A stretch of 64,000 nt of DNA from an uncultured Chloroflexia bacterium (lineage in GTDB: Bacteria; Chloroflexota; Anaerolineae; Anaerolineales; UBA11858), in NCBI GenBank assembly GCA_963751575.1, contig CAVVUX010000003.1, positions 292,563 through 356,562 on the forward strand. The letters run 5' to 3'. A program made the position numbers and the translations under genes. The notes below the pieces were generated by a model that worked only from the letters and a program-made list of their open reading frames with translations, was not told the origin of the DNA and did no database searches. How positions within the stretch are numbered: the stretch's first letter is position 1; each line of letters starts with the position of its first letter. This document shows positions 1-10,671 of this stretch, one piece after another.

Positions 1-273
1 TTTCCGGCACTGGATCAAAACATCATCCTGTTTGTTCTCCCAAACCTGGCGCATGACCAGGTCGCGTGAGGAAGCCGATCTGAGGATCGGTTTCCAGTTG
101 CGGCCATTCTTGGTTTTAGGATCGAGAAATGAGACCACCTGACCGAGCTGCTGTCCCCGGCTGGTTTCAACAATAACATATTCACCCTTCTTAATATCAG
201 GAATGGAGGATGCATCAAAATGATAAGTTTTTCCACCACTGTGGAATCGGATACCAACAATAAGAGCCATCAT
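1..273 (-). CDS. ricT: PSP1/YaaT (RicT) family protein, N-terminal part, runs off the window
   Basis: Own translation from ATG 273: MMALIVGIRFHSGGKTYHFD...GEYVIVETSRGQQLGQV...KPILR, the typical RicT N-terminus. Not in the ORF track. Confidence 0.85.
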   Translation of the reverse strand, partial: MMALIVGIRFHSGGKTYHFDASSIPDIKKGEYVIVETSRGQQLGQVVSFLDPKTKNGRNWKPILRSASSRDLVMRQVWENKQDDVLIQCRK

Positions 274-360
274 GTGCCTATTTTACCTTATATCCCTCAT
301 TAAACGAGAATACGGTTTCCTGATCGAAAACCGTATTTTCTGATTTTTTATATCAAGCCC

Positions 361-1424
361 TTATTTAGAGGTCTTCTTTTTGTTAATGGCTGCCATACTG
401 ATCTGGGCAGCGATTTTTTCAGTGATATCAATCAGCGCTTTGGTAACGGCTGAGTCAGGGTGAGAAAGGGCAACAGGCATTCCATTGTCTCCGCCAATCC
501 TGACCTGGGGATCAATAGGAATAGTGCCAAGAAACGGTACTTCAGTCATCTGCAGCCAGCTTTTCTCCACCACCGCTGCCAAAAATGTCCATTTTTTCAC
601 CAGCAGGGGTTTCCAGATAGCTCATGTTCTCGACCACACCAAATATTGGAATTTTCAACTCCTGGAACATATTAATTCCTCTCAGGGCATCATCGAGTGA
701 AACCTGCTGCGGCAAGCGTGACTATCACTCCACCCTGCAGTTCCAGGGTCTGGTTCACGCTGAGCTGAACATCCCCTGTTCCTGGCGGCATATCGATGAT
801 CAGATAATCGAGCTCACCCCAATCAACATCGGATATGAACTGTTTGATAGCTGTGTGAAGCATCGGCCCCCGCCAGATCAAAGCTTGCTCAGGTTTAACC
901 ATAAATCCGATTGAAATAACTTTGACGCCATGGCCTTCGCCAGGCAGGATCTTTTCATCCTTAGCACCACCGAGCTGCTTGACACCCATCATTGTAGGTA
1001 TGTTGGGACCATAAATATCAGCATCCAACAGACCAACCTTGGCCCCTTTATCTGCCAGGATGACTGCCAGGTTGACAGCAACGGTGCTTTTTCCAACCCC
1101 ACCCTTACCGGAAGCGACCGCTATAACATTCTTGATATTGGGATGGTCAGATTTCTGAGAGCCAACTGGCACTTTTGCTCCCATTTCGATCTTGATCTCA
1201 CCCACACCAGCAAGAGCCTGAACGGCTTCCAAGGCTCGATTTCGGATCTCGTCTTTAAGAGGACAAGCCGGGGTTGTGAGGTTTACTGTGAAGCTGACAT
1301 TGCTTCCGTCTACTTCAACATCCTCGATCATACCTAAACTGACCAGGTCCTTCCCGATCTCAGGATCGAGGACATTGCCAAGTACTTCCAAGACCGCTTC
1401 CCGAGTAATTGTTTTATTTGCCAT
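361..1424 (-). CDS. mrp: Mrp/NBP35 (ApbC) Fe-S cluster carrier ATPase with N-terminal DUF59 domain; two apparent indels near 715 and 545
   Basis: [34 protein letters not shown]. The C-terminal ENMS and PFLGTIPID segments continue in other frames. Confidence 0.9.
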
Positions 1425-1586
1425 GTATATCCTTCCTGGGATGATATTTCGAATATTGCGTTTCTCATTCTAACATGTTTATTCAGTGTCATTCTCAATA
1501 TAATATTAGAAGTTGAGAGTGACTGTGCCATCCCGGGGCGGTCTTGAGGAACTAGATGGTCTCTCGAACCAACGAATCAAAAAAAC

Positions 1587-1615
1587 CTGACAAGAATATC
1601 GTTTTCCTTTATAAT
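1587..1615 (+). promoter_or_regulatory. sigma70-type promoter for the GrpB gene
   Basis: CTGACA-17 nt-TATAAT. Confidence 0.5.
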
Positions 1616-1651
1616 GGAGTGGCTGATAAACCGCCAAATCTGAGCTTTATT

Positions 1652-2233
1652 ATGATTGATGACAATCAGAATTCAACAGAACAGCGAGATGTTGAGCTTG
1701 TTCCACATAATCCAGAATGGTCCGTCCAGGCTGACCAGGAAGCAAAACGCATCCTGGACAGTCTCTCATTCCCTATAATTGGCATCTATCACATCGGCAG
1801 CACTTCGGTACCAGGCCTGAAGGCCAAACCCATCCTGGATTTCGTGCTTGAAGTTGAAAACCTAGCTAACGTGATAGATAATTATGACCTTTTTGAAGGT
1901 TTGGGATATAGCAGCAAAGGAGAATTTGGGATCCCCGGGCGGCAGTTCTTCACCAGGGACACCAATGATGAGCGCACCCATCATCTTCATATCTTTGAAA
2001 AAGGCCATCCAGATATTGAGCGCCATTTGGTGTTCAGGGATTTCCTTAGAGCCAATCCGAACGCTGCCAGAGAATACGAAAAACTAAAAGAAAAACTCGC
2101 CAAACAATTTCCTAATGCCAGCGGTGATTATACGGAAGCCAAATCCGATTTTATTCTCTCCATGGACGAAGTTGCACGGTACTGGCTGGAACAGAATCGC
2201 ATTTCAAAGAATTCCACAGATAAAAAATCCTGA
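1652..2233 (+). CDS. GrpB family (nucleotidyltransferase-like) protein
   Basis: HIGSTSVPGLKAKPILD, RTHHLH, FRDFLR, YTEAKSDFI. Confidence 0.88.
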   Translation: MIDDNQNSTEQRDVELVPHNPEWSVQADQEAKRILDSLSFPIIGIYHIGSTSVPGLKAKPILDFVLEVENLANVIDNYDLFEGLGYSSKGEFGIPGRQFFTRDTNDERTHHLHIFEKGHPDIERHLVFRDFLRANPNAAREYEKLKEKLAKQFPNASGDYTEAKSDFILSMDEVARYWLEQNRISKNSTDKKS

Positions 2234-2296
2234 GACACTTCTTGTTCTCAATTGTTTTTAATAACATTCAATAACCAATTTATTACTCCAACTGAC

Positions 2297-3248
2297 ATGG
2301 AAGATCTTCCTGATTATTTTGTAAGCAGGATAACAAAAAGTCACGGCCAGGTTGGTATTGATTGGCTGAATGATTTTGCAGCTTTGAGGGATGATTTCAG
2401 AAATCGCTGGTCGTTGACTGATCCCCAACCCATAGCCGAGCTATCTTTTAATTATCTGGAATATGCTAAAACCCCTAGCGGGGTGGATGCTGTGCTCAAA
2501 ATGGGTGTTCCCAATCCGGAAATTGAAAGTGAAATTTCTACCCTGATAACTTATGCTGGCAGAGCAGCTGTCAAACTTCTCGATGGTGATCCTGCTCTCG
2601 GAGTCCTTTTGCTGGAGAGGATCCGGCCGGGTCATGATTTATTGAGCCTGAAAGATGATCAGGCCGGGGCGAGAATCGGGGGACAGCTAATGAAGAATCT
2701 CTGGCGTCCAGCACCAGAGGATCATAGCTTCCCTACAATTGGAAAATGGTGCCAGGGATTTGCCAGGTATCAGAATTATCACCCTGGCCAGTCAGGTCCT
2801 CTGCCAGCAGACCTTGGTCAGCCAGGCTGCCGGAATTGCCCGGGAGCTGCTAAGTGAGAATGTTGAACAATTTCTCCTCCACGGAGACTTGCACCACGGA
2901 AATATCCTCTTGGGCCAAGATGACCGGTGGCTGGCGATCGATCCTAAGGGTGTCGTCGGAGAAAGAGCCTGCGAGATCGCACCCCTGCTGTACAATCCGA
3001 TCCCGGATCTGATCCAGCGTCCGGACCTGGTGAAGATCATCAACGAACGCCTGGATATCCTGGCAGATTCAACTGGTCTTAATCGGGAAAGAATGCTGAT
3101 CTGGTGTTTTGTCCGCTCTGTGCTATCCTCGATCTGGTCTGTAGAAGACAGAAGTGGAAATGAATCCTACGGGTGCGATATTTGCAATACTTTTATTGAG
3201 GCTTATGAAACATGGAGACCTCCGAGGTCTATAAAACCTCCGAGGTAG
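2297..3248 (+). CDS. Aminoglycoside/hydroxyurea kinase (APH(6)-like) family protein; frameshift near 2815
   Basis: VLKMG and LLLERIRPG in the first ORF; LLHGDLHHGNIL and WLAIDPKG in the second. The 3' end runs into a palindromic repeat. Confidence 0.8.
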
Positions 3249-3330
3249 CGCTCTTCTGAGGGGTGAACGAGATTAGCGTCGAGAGAAATCAAGAGACCTC
3301 CGAGGTCGAATCGACCTCGGAGGTCTCTTG
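3216..3330. repeat. Family A palindromic units (AGACCTCCGAGGTCT), 4 copies in two doublets
   Basis: Direct doublet 3216-3248; perfect 20-bp inverted repeat 3290-3330 between convergent genes. Confidence 0.9.
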
Positions 3331-3343
3331 TCCCTAAAAAAAA

Positions 3344-5188
3344 TTACTCAACAGTCACTGATTTTGCCAGGTTGCGAGGTTGATCAACATCCAAACCGCG
3401 CAGGGCGGCTATGTGATATGCCAACAGCTGCAGCGGGATCACCGTGGTAACCGGGCTTAACATCCAGGGGGTTTCCGGAACATAAAGCACCTGATCTGCC
3501 TGGGCTTTGATCAGGTCATCTCCTTCGGTTGCAACAGCAATCACTCTTCCTCCCCGGGCTTTAGCCTGCTCTATCTGGCTGAACATCTTGTCATACCAGG
3601 GATCCCTGGGAGCGATCACCACAACAGGAAGACCAGAATCAATCAGGGCGATCGGTCCATGTTTCATCTCACCCGCTGGATAACCCTCTGCGTGAATATA
3701 TGAGATCTCCTTTAGTTTCAGGGCTCCTTCGTAAGCCGTGGGCATATTCACTCCCCGCCCCAGGTAAAGAGCATTTTGAGCTTCCAGCATACTTTCTGCA
3801 ACAAGTTTGATCTGATCCTCTTGATCCAGACAGCGGCCGGCGAGATCGGGGACCAATCGCAGATCCTCTACCAGCTGACGGCGCTTCTTTTCATCCAGAG
3901 TTCCCCTCAATTCTCCCAGCAAAATCGCCAACATATACAGATCAACCAGCGGGAGCTGTATAGGCTTTGGTCGAGGCAACGCCAATCTCAGGGCCAACCT
4001 GCATCGAAATAAATCCATCAGCAATGCGCATCGCCTGGGAACCGATTGCATTAACGATCGACCACAAGGTTGCCCCTTTCCGACGACCTTCTTCCATGGC
4101 AGCCAGTGTATCAGCGGTTTCACCGATCTGGCTGATAGCCAGGACCACCGTTTTATCATCAACTATCGGATCCTGATAGCGAAACTCAGAACCGATCTCA
4201 ACTTCAACCGGAATACGGGCAATTCGTTCGATCAAGACTTTGCCGACCATGCCAGCGTAAGATGCTGTTCCGCAGGCGATGATAAATATCTTATTGATAT
4301 CTTTGACCAACTCTCGGAGTCAGATTTAATGTCGGAAGTTGAATCGAACCGGTTTCAAAATCGACCCGTCCGGCAATGGTATCGGTCAGTGACCGAACCT
4401 GTTCGTGGATTTCCTTGTGCATGAAATGGCGGTATTCTCCCTTTTCTGCTGACACCGGATCCCAGGGAACATTATGAACCTCAGCATTCCACTTCTTCTC
4501 CATCCAGGTTCATCACTTCCAAACCCTGGCGGCTGACTACAGCCATCTGGTGGGATTCCAGAAAAACCATTTTCCGGGTATGTTCCAGGATAGCTGGAAG
4601 ATCCGAGGCAATGATACATCTCATCCTCACCTATACCAAGGACCACTCCACCGGCGTTGCCGATCCTGGCTGCGACTGATTTTATCCGGCTCATTCTTAC
4701 TCATAACCACAATACCGTGAGCGCCTTTCAGGTGGCGCAACGCCTGCTGAACAGCATCGGTAAGATTGTTCCCTGAGAGATAACGTTCCACCAGGTGGAC
4801 AATCACTTCAGTATCGGTTTCAGATTGAAATTCCGCACCTTCACTTTCGAGTTCATCACGCAAGGTTGAAAAATTCTCCACGATGCCGTTATGAACCACA
4901 ACCACATCCCCAGTCATGCCCAGATGAGGATGAGCATTGCGGGAATTGGGCTCTCCATGGGTTGCCCAGCGGGTGTGACCTATGCCAAGATTGCCTTTCA
5001 GTGGGTCATCCTGAACAAGCTGGGATAATCGTTCCAGCTTGCCGGCATCCCGCCGGATCTGGATCAGCATCATTTTCAAGGACTGCAATACCAGCGGAAT
5101 CATAACCCCGGTACTCAAGCTTTTTTAACCCATTCATGATAATGGGTGTTGCGTTTTTCGGTCCAATATAACCAACTATTCCACACAT
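3344..5188 (-). CDS. glmS: Glutamine-fructose-6-phosphate transaminase (isomerizing), split by several indels
   Basis: [65 protein letters not shown]. Confidence 0.95.
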
Positions 5189-5299
5189 AGATAATACCCT
5201 CCTGAATTACGTCAGCCCATCCACTTCTACTTCATTGACAGGCTTACCCGACCTGTATTCAACGCTCAGGCAGTTAGCAGATCAAAGCTGTTTGATATC

Positions 5300-5535
5300 C
5301 AGTCACCTAGGATGATCTTGTCCCACCGGTCACCCGGGTTTTTATCATCCTTTTTAATGTGGAGGGAAAAATCGGAGTGTGACTATCTCCGGAGGGCTTC
5401 CGCTGATGGTTCGATTTTCCCGGTCTTGTTTTCCCCCGACCGGTTAGCCTCCCTAAGGAGGAACCCTCATCCTCGTCAACTCAAGTTTGGCTGCTGATCA
5501 AATCCTATCAGCACTTTGAGTCCATGCGCTATTTT
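5300..5535 (-). ncRNA. glmS ribozyme (GlcN6P-activated) with core insertion
   Basis: Minus strand reads AGCGCATGGACT-P1-AGTTGACGAGGATGAGGGTT...ATCGAACCATCAGCGGAAGCCCTCCG, then P4 GGATGAT..ATCATCC and the AGTCAC/GTGACT pseudoknot. Lies directly upstream of glmS; predicted cleavage at 5530/5529. Confidence 0.9.
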
Positions 5536-5658
5536 CCCAGCTGTTATGCTCTCCTGTCACCTCCTTGAATACCAATCCGCGAAGGAAATCGACCAAGTCG
5601 TTCCCTCGCGGATGTTATCTTACTAAACAACCAGATAATTCTGCAAGCTACGCTTTCC

Positions 5659-6136
5659 CTACAATACAGACGCTTTAGTGATGACATCACCCTGGCGGAT
5701 GCTGTCCACTACATCCTCACCCTGGGTCACTTTTCCAAAAACAGTATGTTTGCCATCAAGATGCGGTTGGGGAAGATGAGTAATGAAAAATTGGGAACCA
5801 TTAGTATTGGGTCCCGCATTGGCCATAGAGATCACTTTTGTTTCATGTTTAAGGGGATTGCCAACCAATTCATCCTCAAAACGATAGCCCGGACCCCCGC
5901 TGCCGGTACCAGTGGGATCGCCGCCCTGGACCATAAAATTGTCAATGACTCTATGGAAAGTCAAACCATCATAAAACGACTCGCTAATCAGAAACAAGAA
6001 ATTATTAACTGTTTTGGGAGCATGTTCAGGATAAAGCTCCAACTGGATCTCACCCCGGTTGGTTTCCAGCTTAACTTGATAAACTTTACCTTCGTTCAAT
6101 GGACATTTCAGGCGAAGTATCCCATTGTTTTGCCAT
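5659..6136 (-). CDS. Cyclophilin-type peptidyl-prolyl isomerase; probable start ATG 6136 with a 1-nt indel near 6095
   Basis: [52 protein letters not shown]. Confidence 0.93.
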
Positions 6137-6263
6137 TTTTCCTCTCTTTTATATAGTCTTCTAAAATACGCCGCTATTATATCATCCCTCACAATTAGAT
6201 GTAAAAAGGCCAAATCATGGACCTAGTCCCTGGTAAAAAAAGCTGGCCAACCAGAAACAATTT

Positions 6264-6313
6264 AAACAACAACCCCTGGTGGGTACGGCATAGATCCGCC
6301 GGCCCACCAGGGG
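6264..6313 (-). terminator. Intrinsic terminator after the DUF5666-like gene
   Basis: CCCCTGGTGGG/CCCACCAGGGG stem with a U-rich tail on the minus strand. Confidence 0.6.
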
Positions 6314-6335
6314 AATATTTGGATACCAACTCTAT

Positions 6336-7700
6336 CTACAGATTGGGTTCCTCCAGTGGAATCCTGGATTCAGGTTCAAGCCGTTCAGCATCAGGGCGAA
6401 CCTCCTCTGGCCGCTGCGGACGATCTTGCTGAGGATTACCTGCAACAACGACCCGGGCGATGATCTTTCCATCCTGGTCAATATAGCCACCAAATCCTGC
6501 CCGCATACCTTTTTCCAGATCAGCAAAACTATTTACCTGTCCCCGGTAGGTGGTTTTACCATCAACGAAAACTGTCAGCACTGTGCCATCAGGTTTTTCA
6601 AGCTGGAACTTTCCAGCTCCTGGATTGACAGTCTTGATGATGCCCTGGGCTCTGATCAATTCAGGGCGTTCATCTGCTGGAGATCCAGCGGCGACCAGGC
6701 GGGCGATCAATTTTCCATCACCATCTTCTGTGGCAACTACTCCTGCCCGCATGCCTTCCTCCAAATCTCTGATTCCCTCAACCTGACCCCGATAAGTGGT
6801 ATTCTCATCGACAAAAAAGGTCATGACAGAGCCCTCAGGAGTTTCAAGGCGGAATTTTCCAGCTGCTGGATCAACTCCAACGATAATCCCCTGAGCTCGG
6901 ATCTGTTCCGGCCGGATGCCGGCGATCACCAATACAGCCAACAGCTGACCATTTTCCGTTTCTTTGGCTGCAACGCCTGCCTGCCATCCAACCTGCATTT
7001 CAGCCAGGCTTGAAAGCTGGCCCTGGTAGCGGGTCTTGTCATCCACCAGGAATCGCACTGACCTGCCATCATCAGTCTCAATCGAGAAGGTCCCCTCTTG
7101 TGGGTTGACTGAGGTAACTTCTCCCTTGACCTTCAGCAGCTCCGGCGCATCACCAGCTACTACCCCGACCGCCAGTAGACGGCCAGGACTTGCTTCAACA
7201 GCAACGACTCCAGCATGCCAGCCAACCTGCAGATCCTCCAAACCTACGAGCTGACCTCCATAACGTGTATTCTCATCCACAAAAAAGGTCATTTTCTCAC
7301 CACCTGGATTTTCGAGGGTGAATTTTCCAGCTGCCTGATTGACATCAGTGACCAAACCACGAGCCTTGATATAATCTTCCGGATCTCCAGAGATCACCAA
7401 AACTGCCCAAAGCCTTCCACCTTCTCCCTCACGGGCAGCGACGCCAACTTTCCAGCCGACTTGCAGTTCCTCGAAACTCTGGGCATCTCCGCGGTAGCGG
7501 GTGTTTTCATTCACAAAGAATGTCAGGACAGAGCCATCATCCTTTTCAACCCGGAAAATTCCTGTAGCTGAGTCAATAGAAATGACTTCCCCTCGAACCC
7601 GGATACCTTCCGGTTGATCATCTGCAGCCATGGCAACACCACTGAAGGGAACTGTCAGCACGGCGGCGATTACTAGTGCCAAGATAATTTTTTTGAACAT
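6336..7700 (-). CDS. Secreted protein with five tandem ~78-aa DUF5666-like OB-fold repeats
   Basis: Signal peptide MFKKIILALVIAAVL..AMA; five repeats of G.V..V....G.F......G....F.VD..T.Y.G.......L..G...GV. Confidence 0.8.
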   Translation of the reverse strand: MFKKIILALVIAAVLTVPFSGVAMAADDQPEGIRVRGEVISIDSATGIFRVEKDDGSVLTFFVNENTRYRGDAQSFEELQVGWKVGVAAREGEGGRLWAVLVISGDPEDYIKARGLVTDVNQAAGKFTLENPGGEKMTFFVDENTRYGGQLVGLEDLQVGWHAGVVAVEASPGRLLAVGVVAGDAPELLKVKGEVTSVNPQEGTFSIETDDGRSVRFLVDDKTRYQGQLSSLAEMQVGWQAGVAAKETENGQLLAVLVIAGIRPEQIRAQGIIVGVDPAAGKFRLETPEGSVMTFFVDENTTYRGQVEGIRDLEEGMRAGVVATEDGDGKLIARLVAAGSPADERPELIRAQGIIKTVNPGAGKFQLEKPDGTVLTVFVDGKTTYRGQVNSFADLEKGMRAGFGGYIDQDGKIIARVVVAGNPQQDRPQRPEEVRPDAERLEPESRIPLEEPNL

Positions 7701-7754
7701 TTTTCCTCCAAGAAACGGGTAGGGTTTTTTAACTTGCACTCTAATCCTAAAATC

Positions 7755-7798
7755 ACCCTGTAAAATCATCACAATCGGGATGTAAAAACCCTGTAAAA
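7755..7798 (-). promoter_or_regulatory. Phased direct repeats (TTTTACA on minus strand), candidate OmpR/PhoB-type operator
   Basis: TGTAAAA at 7759, 7781 and 7792 (22- and 11-bp spacing), upstream of a TAGGAT -10. Confidence 0.45.
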
Positions 7799-7876
7799 AA
7801 TGTCATTAAAAATAAAGATGCGGGTGATAAACACCCGCACCACTTCATTTACTTTGTTAATATGAATTGATCTAAT

Positions 7877-8521
7877 TTATTTAGCTGGAAAAACCACCTC
7901 TTCCTTGCCAGTCAATTTCTCCTGGACCAGCTCGGCAACTGTGTCAAGATGGCCTTCTTTATTCACAAAGTCAAGATCGTCTGAACGGATCTTGAGAACC
8001 GGGCAGAGATCAAAGGTATCCATCCAATCCTCATAAAAGGAATCCAGCAAAGCGAGATATTCGAGTGTAATTCCGGATTCGATCTTGCGTCCTCGTTCTT
8101 CAATTCTTTGGCGCAGGATCTTGGGGGGAGCGATCAGATAAATCAGCAAATCCGGTTCTGGTAATCCACCAGCAATCAGCTGAAAAACGCGCCGGTAAGA
8201 CAGATAATCTCTTTCAGTTAAACTTCCCTGGTCATACAGGGCACGGGCAAAGATTTCCACATCCTCATAAATGCTGCGGTCAGCAATGGCATCTTTTTTG
8301 TCCGATACAAGTTCGAGGTGCTGCTGCGCCCGGTGGCCTAAGAAATAGATCTGCAAATGGAAAGACCAGGCTGTCATGTCCTGGTAAAAATCTCCCAGGT
8401 AGGGATTGTCAATCACTGATTCGTAACCTGTCCTCCAGCCCAAGCGCTCACCCAAACGTTCAGTCAGGGATGTTTTCCCGGTACCTATATTACCAGCGAC
8501 TAAAACAAGTTTTCCCGCCAT
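7877..8521 (-). CDS. Deoxynucleoside kinase
   Basis: AGNIGTGKTS P-loop, DRSIYED, PDLLIYL, RIEERGR. Confidence 0.92.
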   Translation of the reverse strand: MAGKLVLVAGNIGTGKTSLTERLGERLGWRTGYESVIDNPYLGDFYQDMTAWSFHLQIYFLGHRAQQHLELVSDKKDAIADRSIYEDVEIFARALYDQGSLTERDYLSYRRVFQLIAGGLPEPDLLIYLIAPPKILRQRIEERGRKIESGITLEYLALLDSFYEDWMDTFDLCPVLKIRSDDLDFVNKEGHLDTVAELVQEKLTGKEEVVFPAK

Positions 8522-8569
8522 TGATCGATCTCCTCTAAGCTTGCCAACCTGTCTTGATTGTTTCTCTCA

Positions 8570-10669
8570 TCAGCGTTTTTCAACCGCTACTGCGCAGACT
8601 TTATAATCCGGAATCTTTGCCTGGGGATCTCTGGCATCCATGGTGAGAATATTAGCGGCAGCTTCCACAAAGTGGAAAGGAAGAAATACCATGCCTTCGG
8701 CGGACCTTTCTGTAACCAGGGTCTTGACCTCAATCTCTCCTCTCCTGGACCGCATCCTGACCCAGTCCCCTGAATAAATGCCAATCTTCTGGGCATCGAG
8801 AGGATGAATTTCAACCAGCGCTTCTGGATAGATATCATCAAGCTTAGACCGCCGGGTCATCGTCCCACCATGCCAGTGATACAATACCCGGCCTGTTGAG
8901 AGGATCAATGGAAACTCATCATCCGGCAGTTCCTGGGAAGGCCGGTAAGTCAATGGAGTCAAGGCACCTTTCCCGCGGGGGAAACTTTCGGCGAACAAGT
9001 ACGGTGTCCCGGGATGCTCCGGGGTCGGGCAGGGCCAGTGCACACCATCTTCCTGGGCAATCCTCTGATGCGTGATACCCTGAAAAGGAGGAGTCAATTC
9101 AGCCATCTCATCCCAAATCTGAGAGGGACTTTCAAAATCAAAACCAATACTGGATTTCACCTCCAATATTTCCTCTACCCTGTGGGCCAAATCCTGGAGA
9201 ATTTGCCAATCGGGTCGGGTCTCCCCCGGAGAATTAATCCCCGGACGAATTAACTGCACCCTCCTGTCGCTGTTGGTGAAAGTGCCGTCTTTCTCTGCAA
9301 AGCTGACAGCAGGCAGGATCACATCAGCATATTCACCGGTTTCATTCATGAATATATCCTGATAAAGGACAAACTCCAGGCTTTCCATCACATGGCGAGC
9401 ATGCAGCAGATCCGGTTCACTCATCATCGGGTTTTCACCCATCACAAAGTAACCCTTAATAGCACCTGTTTCAGCAGCATCAACCATTTCCATAGTAGTC
9501 AAACCCGGTTCAGGATCGAGTGAAGTGCCCCAGTGTTTTTCAAATTTCGCCCGGACTTCAGGGTCAGATACCAGCTGATAGCCGGGATAGACATCTGGCA
9601 GGCCCCCGCTGTCCGAACAACCCTGGACATTATTCTGGCCCCGCAGGGGATTAAGTCCTGTTCCCGGGCGGCCGATATTACCGGTCAGCAGGGCTAAGTT
9701 GGCCAGGGATATGGCATTATCAGTTCCATGGACACTCTGGCTGATACCCATGCCCCAATAGATAGCGGCTGCGCCTGCATTACCGTATAATCGGGCAGCC
9801 TGTCTGATCGTTTCAGCAGGAACTCCACAGATCTGCTCGGCATACTCCGGTGTAAATTCTTCCAGGGAAGGTATATATTCATCGAAACCCTCCACTCGTT
9901 GATCGATAAATTCCTGATCGATCAATCCTTCCTTCACGATCACATGAGCCAGGGCCTGGAACATGACAACATCCGTACCTGATTTAAGCTGTAGGTAGTA
10001 ATCAGCAAATTGTGACATTCCAATTTGCCGGGGATCGATAACAATCAATTTAGCGCCGTTCTTAACTACAGCTTCAATCAGGAATGTGCTGATCACCGGG
10101 TGGGTTTCCGAGGTGTTGGATCCGGTCACAAGCAATACCTCAAGGTCTTTCATCTCGGCAATTGAATTGGACATTGCTGAAGAACCGAGGGTGATCTGCA
10201 ATCCTGCAACAGAGGCGGCATGACAGAGACGGGAGCAATGATCCACATTATTCGTCCCCAAAACGCCCCGAACAAATTTCTGAAAAATATAGTTGTCTTC
10301 ATTGGTTGCTTTTGCAGAGCAAAAAGTTCCCAGCGCGTTACCACCATGCTCTTTGACGATCCCGGCAATTCTCTCAGCAGACAGATCCAGGGCTTCATCC
10401 CAGCTTGCCCGCCGGAAGCCGTTCAAGCCAACTGGTTTTCTTGGCAGAGTTCCCAGGTCCTTGCGGATTAAGGGGTATGTCAATCGGGAAGGATGATGCA
10501 CAAAGTCCATCCCATAACGACCTTTGGTACACAATCTCCCAAAGTTGGGAGCAACATCAAAAGGCGCATCCACCCTGGTTATGTGATTTTCCTGGATTTG
10601 CAGGTCCACCTGGCAACCTACTCCGCAGTAAGGACAGGTACTTCGAACAGTTTTCTGAGTATCTGTCAT
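8570..10669 (-). CDS. fdhF: Mo/W-bisPGD formate dehydrogenase alpha subunit (Cys form)
   Basis: CPYCGVGC...C cluster, active-site RLCH, RGQNNVQG, molybdopterin dinucleotide-binding C-terminus. Confidence 0.92.
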   Translation of the reverse strand: MTDTQKTVRSTCPYCGVGCQVDLQIQENHITRVDAPFDVAPNFGRLCTKGRYGMDFVHHPSRLTYPLIRKDLGTLPRKPVGLNGFRRASWDEALDLSAERIAGIVKEHGGNALGTFCSAKATNEDNYIFQKFVRGVLGTNNVDHCSRLCHAASVAGLQITLGSSAMSNSIAEMKDLEVLLVTGSNTSETHPVISTFLIEAVVKNGAKLIVIDPRQIGMSQFADYYLQLKSGTDVVMFQALAHVIVKEGLIDQEFIDQRVEGFDEYIPSLEEFTPEYAEQICGVPAETIRQAARLYGNAGAAAIYWGMGISQSVHGTDNAISLANLALLTGNIGRPGTGLNPLRGQNNVQGCSDSGGLPDVYPGYQLVSDPEVRAKFEKHWGTSLDPEPGLTTMEMVDAAETGAIKGYFVMGENPMMSEPDLLHARHVMESLEFVLYQDIFMNETGEYADVILPAVSFAEKDGTFTNSDRRVQLIRPGINSPGETRPDWQILQDLAHRVEEILEVKSSIGFDFESPSQIWDEMAELTPPFQGITHQRIAQEDGVHWPCPTPEHPGTPYLFAESFPRGKGALTPLTYRPSQELPDDEFPLILSTGRVLYHWHGGTMTRRSKLDDIYPEALVEIHPLDAQKIGIYSGDWVRMRSRRGEIEVKTLVTERSAEGMVFLPFHFVEAAANILTMDARDPQAKIPDYKVCAVAVEKR

Positions 10670-10671
10670 GG

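Noticed and set aside
3216-3330. CRISPR array
   Set aside because: Units are 15 nt with 3-nt gaps, there are no unique 30-40 nt spacers, and no cas genes are present.
3344-5188. glmS (also mrp and ftsZ) as pseudogenes or programmed frameshifts
   Set aside because: Multiple scattered indels with otherwise intact motifs and no slippery or stimulator pattern; assembly error is more parsimonious.
8570-10669. Selenocysteine in FdhF
   Set aside because: The ORF is uninterrupted and the active-site ligand is Cys (RLCH).
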